Source: Spirogloea muscicola (lineage: Eukaryota). Taken from it: 62,025 nt of DNA. Where the stretch lies: contig WELB01000005.1 of assembly GCA_009602725.1 (NCBI GenBank), forward strand, positions 1,309,070-1,371,094, written 5' to 3'. The notes below the pieces were generated by a model that saw only the letters and a program-made list of their open reading frames with translations, did no database searches and was not told where the DNA came from. How positions within the stretch are numbered: position 1 is the first letter of the stretch; each line of letters starts with the position of its first letter. Of the stretch, positions 57,756 through 62,025 are shown in pieces. The position numbers were made by a program, and so were the translations under genes.

Positions 57756-58205
57756 NNNNNNNNNNNNNNNNNNNNNNNNNNNNNNNNNNNNNNNNNNNNN
57801 NNNNNNNNNNNNNNNNNNNNNNNNNNNNNNNNNNNNNNNNNNNNNNNNNNNNNNNNNNNNNNNNNNNNNNNNNNNNNNNNNNNNNNNNNNNNNNNNNNNN
57901 NNNNNNNNNNNNNNNNNNNNNNNNNNNNNNNNNNNNNNNNNNNNNNNNNNNNNNNNNNNNNNNNNNNNNNNNNNNNNNNNNNNNNNNNNNNNNNNNNNNN
58001 NNNNNNNNNNNNNNNNNNNNNNNNNNNNNNNNNNNNNNNNNNNNNNNNNNNNNNNNNNNNNNNNNNNNNNNNNNNNNNNNNNNNNNNNNNNNNNNNNNNN
58101 NNNNNNNNNNNNNNNNNNNNNNNNNNNNNNNNNNNNNNNNNNNNNNNNNNNNNNNNNNNNNNNNNNNNNNNNNNNNNNNNNNNNNNNNNNNNNNNNNNNN
58201 NNNNN
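57756..58205. other. Assembly gap (others at 11416-11441 and 15421-15617)
   Basis: Runs of N, each bordered by GC-rich or GGC-repeat sequence. Confidence 0.99.
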
Positions 58206-58440
58206 ACCATGGCCGCCGCCGCCGTCGCCGCCGCCGCCGCCGCCGCCGCCGCTGCCGCCGCCGCCGACATGGGTCCAGTGCTGCCTCCGGCATGCTTTGG
58301 CCGGAGCGGCCCCTAAAGAGGCTCTCGGGACCGGTCGCTAGCGGCGAGGCTTAGAGTGGTCACCGCTGAAGGCAGGAGCCTTGGCCTGCCCGCCCAGTCA
58401 CTGAGTGGGGAAAGCGAGCTAGCAGCTCCCCCGTTCCAGC

Positions 58441-60223
58441 ATGCACGGTGCAGGGGCCGGTGGGGGCCTGTCGGAGGCCGCGCTGCAGCCATGGGCGCTG
58501 CTCTCGCAGGCCGCGGCAGCCGCCGCCGCGCACCTGGGCAGGCGCTCGCGCGGGCCCTCCTCGGTCGCTGCGCCCGGCGGCTCCAGCCCCGCAACAGCCG
58601 TCGACACTTGCGGCGGCACCGGCCTGGCGCTGGCCCTCACTGCCGCCGCCGCCGCTGCCGCCGCACCCCTCCTCGCCCGCCAGGTACATTGGTCGCTCTC
58701 GTCTGGGATGCCACTCAAGAAAATTTAAGCTGCATGGCCCTCCCTCCTTCCTTTCTTCCTGACCTTGCCACTCTGGGCTGCCTCGCGTTGTGCAGCTGGG
58801 TGGAGGCGCAATGCCCGCCGCCGCCGCCGCCGCCGCCGCCTCCGCCTGGGGACCGCCCCTTGCGGCCCTTTCCCTCAGCCGTGCAGTCGCTGAGGCGGAG
58901 GCCGCGCCGCTCGTCGCCGAGCCCGCGACGGGCATGCTCTTCCCCGCGCGCGACGACGGCAGCGAGCTCGTGGCCACCGGCGTGCGGAGCAAGAGCGTGC
59001 TCGGCCTCAAGAAGATCAAGGTCTACGCATTTGGTGCGGCCCTCCTCAAACTGTCCACCCCTCTCCCCTTTCCCTTTACCTCTCCTCTTCTTCCCCCCCT
59101 CTATCCTCAACTGCGGCTACATACCAGCCAATTTCACTGAGCCGCACAGGATGGTCCTCATGATGCAGGAGTTTACGCTGACCCCGGCAGCTTGCGGGGT
59201 GCACTGGGCGCCAAGTACACGGGCACGGCCGCTGCGCCCGAGGCACTTGCCCGGAGCCGCTACTTCCTCGACGACGTCGTGGCCGGAGACACCGCACTCA
59301 CCGTGCGCCTCGTCATCTTCTACAAGTGCGCCGCCACTCCTCCTACCACACCTCTCCTCTGTCCTCCCACATCCCCTCAATGTCCTCCACTGCGAGTCTA
59401 TCAAGTCCTCCCTCCTGCACCTGCCTCCTCGCCCTCCCACCTCCATCTCCACATTCGTTGCTCTCCCACCTTTCTCCCCTTACCCCCTCCTTCCTTCCTC
59501 CTCTGAACTGACCAGGACCAGAAGCCGACCTCTTCTGTCCCCTGCCCTTTGTCCTCCCTCTTGCCAGGGGTCTCAAGATTGGTCAGGTGCGGAGCGCGTT
59601 CGAGGAGTCCGTGGGTAGCGGCATCACCCGCCTCAACGGCGGCAAGCCCAATACAGCACTCCTCCAAAGGTTTCCACTTTCTCTCTTTCCCCTTGCAAAG
59701 ATGTAAGCTGTTCTCCTTTTGAGGACGTCTGGTACTGCCCTTGTAAACTTATGTGGATATTCAGTCCGTGAATAGTCAGTCCTAATGCCTTTGAGGCCCC
59801 ACGCTTGGATCTGGTGGGCTCGCAGCTTCACAAGCATCTTCAAGGACGAGGTGGCATTGCAGCGAGGCACGACAATTGAGCTCGCGCGACAACCGGGCCA
59901 TGTGCTCACTACCAAGAGTAAGCAGCACCTTGGGCTTTGCCACCTTGTAAGTCTTCTAGTCCTCATGCGGTTGTACGGGTTTCCTCAAAAACTCAGAATC
60001 GGCAGTGCCTCGTAGATTTGTTTTTTTATCTATTGCATTGGTGAAAGTTGCTGACTAGTGGGGTGGCTTGCCTGCAGTTGACGGCGTAGAAGTAGGCAGC
60101 GTGCGCAGCACGCTGCTCTGTCGCGCGCTTTTTGACCTCTACCTTGGGCAAAGCCCATTTGACCAGAGCGCAAGAGATGCAGCGGCGCGTGGCATGGCCG
60201 TCCTCCTTACGCCCAAGTCCTGA
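58441..60223 (+). CDS. Chalcone-isomerase-fold fatty-acid-binding protein (FAP1-like); true start may lie further upstream
   Basis: VAEPATGMLFP, LVATGVRSKSVLGLKKIKVYAFGVYAD, LTVRLVIFYKGLKIGQVRSAFEESVG, FKDEVALQRGTTIELAR and DGVEVGSVRSTLLCRALFDLYLGQSPFD...PKS*. Confidence 0.9.
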
Positions 60224-60878
60224 CATTGTTTCCGAAAGTAACCAGAGCACGTCTGAATTTGACTAATTCCTGAAATTTACATGGATCAACAAGATTGCAT
60301 GCATTTTGATTGAAGGAGCAGCTTGTCAGGCCGCGGCTATATTTCAGAGATGCTGTGATGTGGTGCTCGCATCGGCCTACATTTTCTACAAGAAAGGACA
60401 GAGTGCAATGCCGAAGGCTGACCATGCAAAGCCGTTCACTACTGCCTGAATTGGTCAGCTGCAGCACTGCTGGTCTAGAAGACACTAGTAATGATTTAAT
60501 CCTGTCTAAGCGCCTCATTACTTCAACAGAAGAAGTGAAGTGTCTCTCAAAGGCAATTAGACCTTGGCGACATGGTGCCAAGTAGGATCTATAGGGTGCA
60601 ATTTGCCATCGAACAAAGTGAATGGTGTATCAGAATGAGCGCCCAATGGTGCGCTACAAAGCAATGTGCAGCTTACAACATTGGTCTAATCACAAGACCA
60701 TGCTTGGCCACTAAGCACTAGCAGTGCACCAGTACTTCTACACCTTGAGGTCTCAGAGATTGTCACTTCGACAAGACTTGAGCAGCGCTTAAGCATCAAA
60801 ATTTTTGAGGAAACACCACAGCCTTGAGCGGGTGCGCGAACTACAGGTAGCAAGCTTATTTTTGAGGGAAAACTAGGA

Positions 60879-61331
60879 CTAACACTTGGCTGGCTTTGTA
60901 AGGGTTGTAAAGAAGAGGTCAGAGACTGTGTATGTCTCGCCGACCTGCAGTTGGAAGCCATAGGCGGGGTCGAGAACTGGTCGAGTAGGCGGCAGGACGC
61001 GGATGTTGCAGACCTTGTTCTGCGTATCGACCAGGGAGATGAAGCAGCCTTGGAGGTTCTTGAAGTTCTGCACCGTCTGTACGGTGCGGAAGGCGAAGGT
61101 GCCGTTGGCATCGGTGCGTGCAAAGTGCGAGTCAAAGAACTTGCCAACGCCCAGGTCGCAGAAGAGCCCCACCCGCGCGCCCTTGGCACTGGCATCAGTG
61201 GGGTCCTTCCCATCGCCACAGGCATCGCAGTACACCTGTCCTGTTACTGTGCAGTAGTGCGCTGCAGCAGACGCCGCCAGACATGCGAGCGCGACGAAGG
61301 CAGCCAGACAGCTGGCGGATTGAGGTGCCAT
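60879..61331 (-). CDS. Secreted Pollen Ole e 1-like protein (single exon)
   Basis: Signal peptide, then VTGQVYCDAC, GARVGLFC, TDANGTF, C.ISLV.....C and a terminal P..C, which is the Ole e 1 Cys pattern. Confidence 0.82.
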   Translation of the reverse strand: MAPQSASCLAAFVALACLAASAAAHYCTVTGQVYCDACGDGKDPTDASAKGARVGLFCDLGVGKFFDSHFARTDANGTFAFRTVQTVQNFKNLQGCFISLVDTQNKVCNIRVLPPTRPVLDPAYGFQLQVGETYTVSDLFFTTLTKPAKC

Positions 61332-61652
61332 CCCGAGCAATAATTGGGTCCGGGGTAAAGGGGAGAAGAGATGTCACCAGAGCTTGCGGCAGCACAGCAA
61401 AGTATGCGACGCAAGCTATGGGACCTTGATGCAAGAGCACCAAGGGGGCCGAATGGGTGGCTAGCTGCATACCATGGAAGGAGGCCCAGGTTTGCCAGCG
61501 TCACTAGAGAGGACAACGGCAGCGGAGCTCAGCCACGGGGGCCGGAATGGGCTGCTAGCTGTGCTGTGAGGCAGCAGGGCCAGAGCTCTACTGCCACGAC
61601 TGGAGGTGGTGAAGGCAGCAGAGCACAGCTATAGCGGAGTCGAGCCGGACGA

Positions 61653-62025
61653 GTGTGGCGCTGGTCAGCGAGAAGCCCAGAAGCGAGCTGGGCGTCGTGG
61701 GCCAAGGTGCCGTCTAGCGCAGATCACCTCCTCGCTCTCGGCCAGGCCGGTGAGTCGCTCTTTCTCACTGCGGCACGCTCCCTCGGTGGGCTGGCCGCTT
61801 ACACCCTCCCTCTCATTGTTGCACTCTGGTGCGCGCTGGCCGGCCCTCAGCCATGGCCCACTAGCGCTCCGTTCGGCATCGAGGCGGGTTTAGGCTGGCT
61901 CGTCCGGGCTGCGCTCCGGGCTTCTGGGCAGCTGAAGCCGGGTCAGGGGGGAGATAGGTAGGTGGCACTCCCCCGTCACCCCCCCTCCCCCCCCATCCCC
62001 CTCTCTCCCTCCCTCCTTCTCCCTT
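61653..62025 (+). other. Possible 5' exon(s) of an unidentified gene continuing beyond the window
   Basis: GC-rich open frames with donor-like GTGAGT (~61749) and AG|GTAGGT (~61958), followed by a C/T-rich tract like the introns of the FAP gene. No recognisable domain. Confidence 0.2.

Noticed and set aside
58356..59618. 420-aa plus-strand ORF
   Set aside because: It is an out-of-frame read through FAP exons and C/T-rich introns.
61473..61750. In-frame TGA as a possible selenocysteine codon (…GLLAVL*GSRA…)
   Set aside because: There is no selenoprotein-like motif and no SECIS can be assessed within the window.

Overview
This is gene-dense, intron-rich eukaryotic nuclear DNA, most consistent with a streptophyte (charophyte-grade) alga. 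That assignment is an inference: plant-type genes (CPI1, FAP1, Ole e 1-like, LRR receptor with short regular exons), U12 introns and telo-boxes occur together with a selenocysteine-pathway kinase that land plants lack. The 15 genes I could reconstruct by hand are kinesin-13, a small single-TM protein, acetyl-CoA acetyltransferase, phosducin-like TXNDC9, a kinase-less LRR receptor (plus a decayed tandem duplicate), proteasome alpha4, Serinc, PUS7/TruD, Bet1, a FYVE-ankyrin protein, cycloeucalenol cycloisomerase, PSTK, NUDX14, a CHI-fold FAP and an Ole e 1-like protein. The main unexplained structure is five intergenic 'patchwork' clusters (1-2250, ~10740-11100, 22812-23800, ~26440-26970, 50350-51300). 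They resolve into nested, heavily 5'-truncated 3' ends of at least five families of a CRE-like (RLE-endonuclease) non-LTR retrotransposon. These families share a C-terminal peptide (FPxAS[LY]SDLxLLTRxY*), a GGCTG/CAGCC 3' stem-loop and a TTCT/(TTC)n tail. They insert into one another with 4-10 bp target-site duplications, often at TCTTTC-like sites. All calls come from manual translation and motif recognition; no database searches were run.
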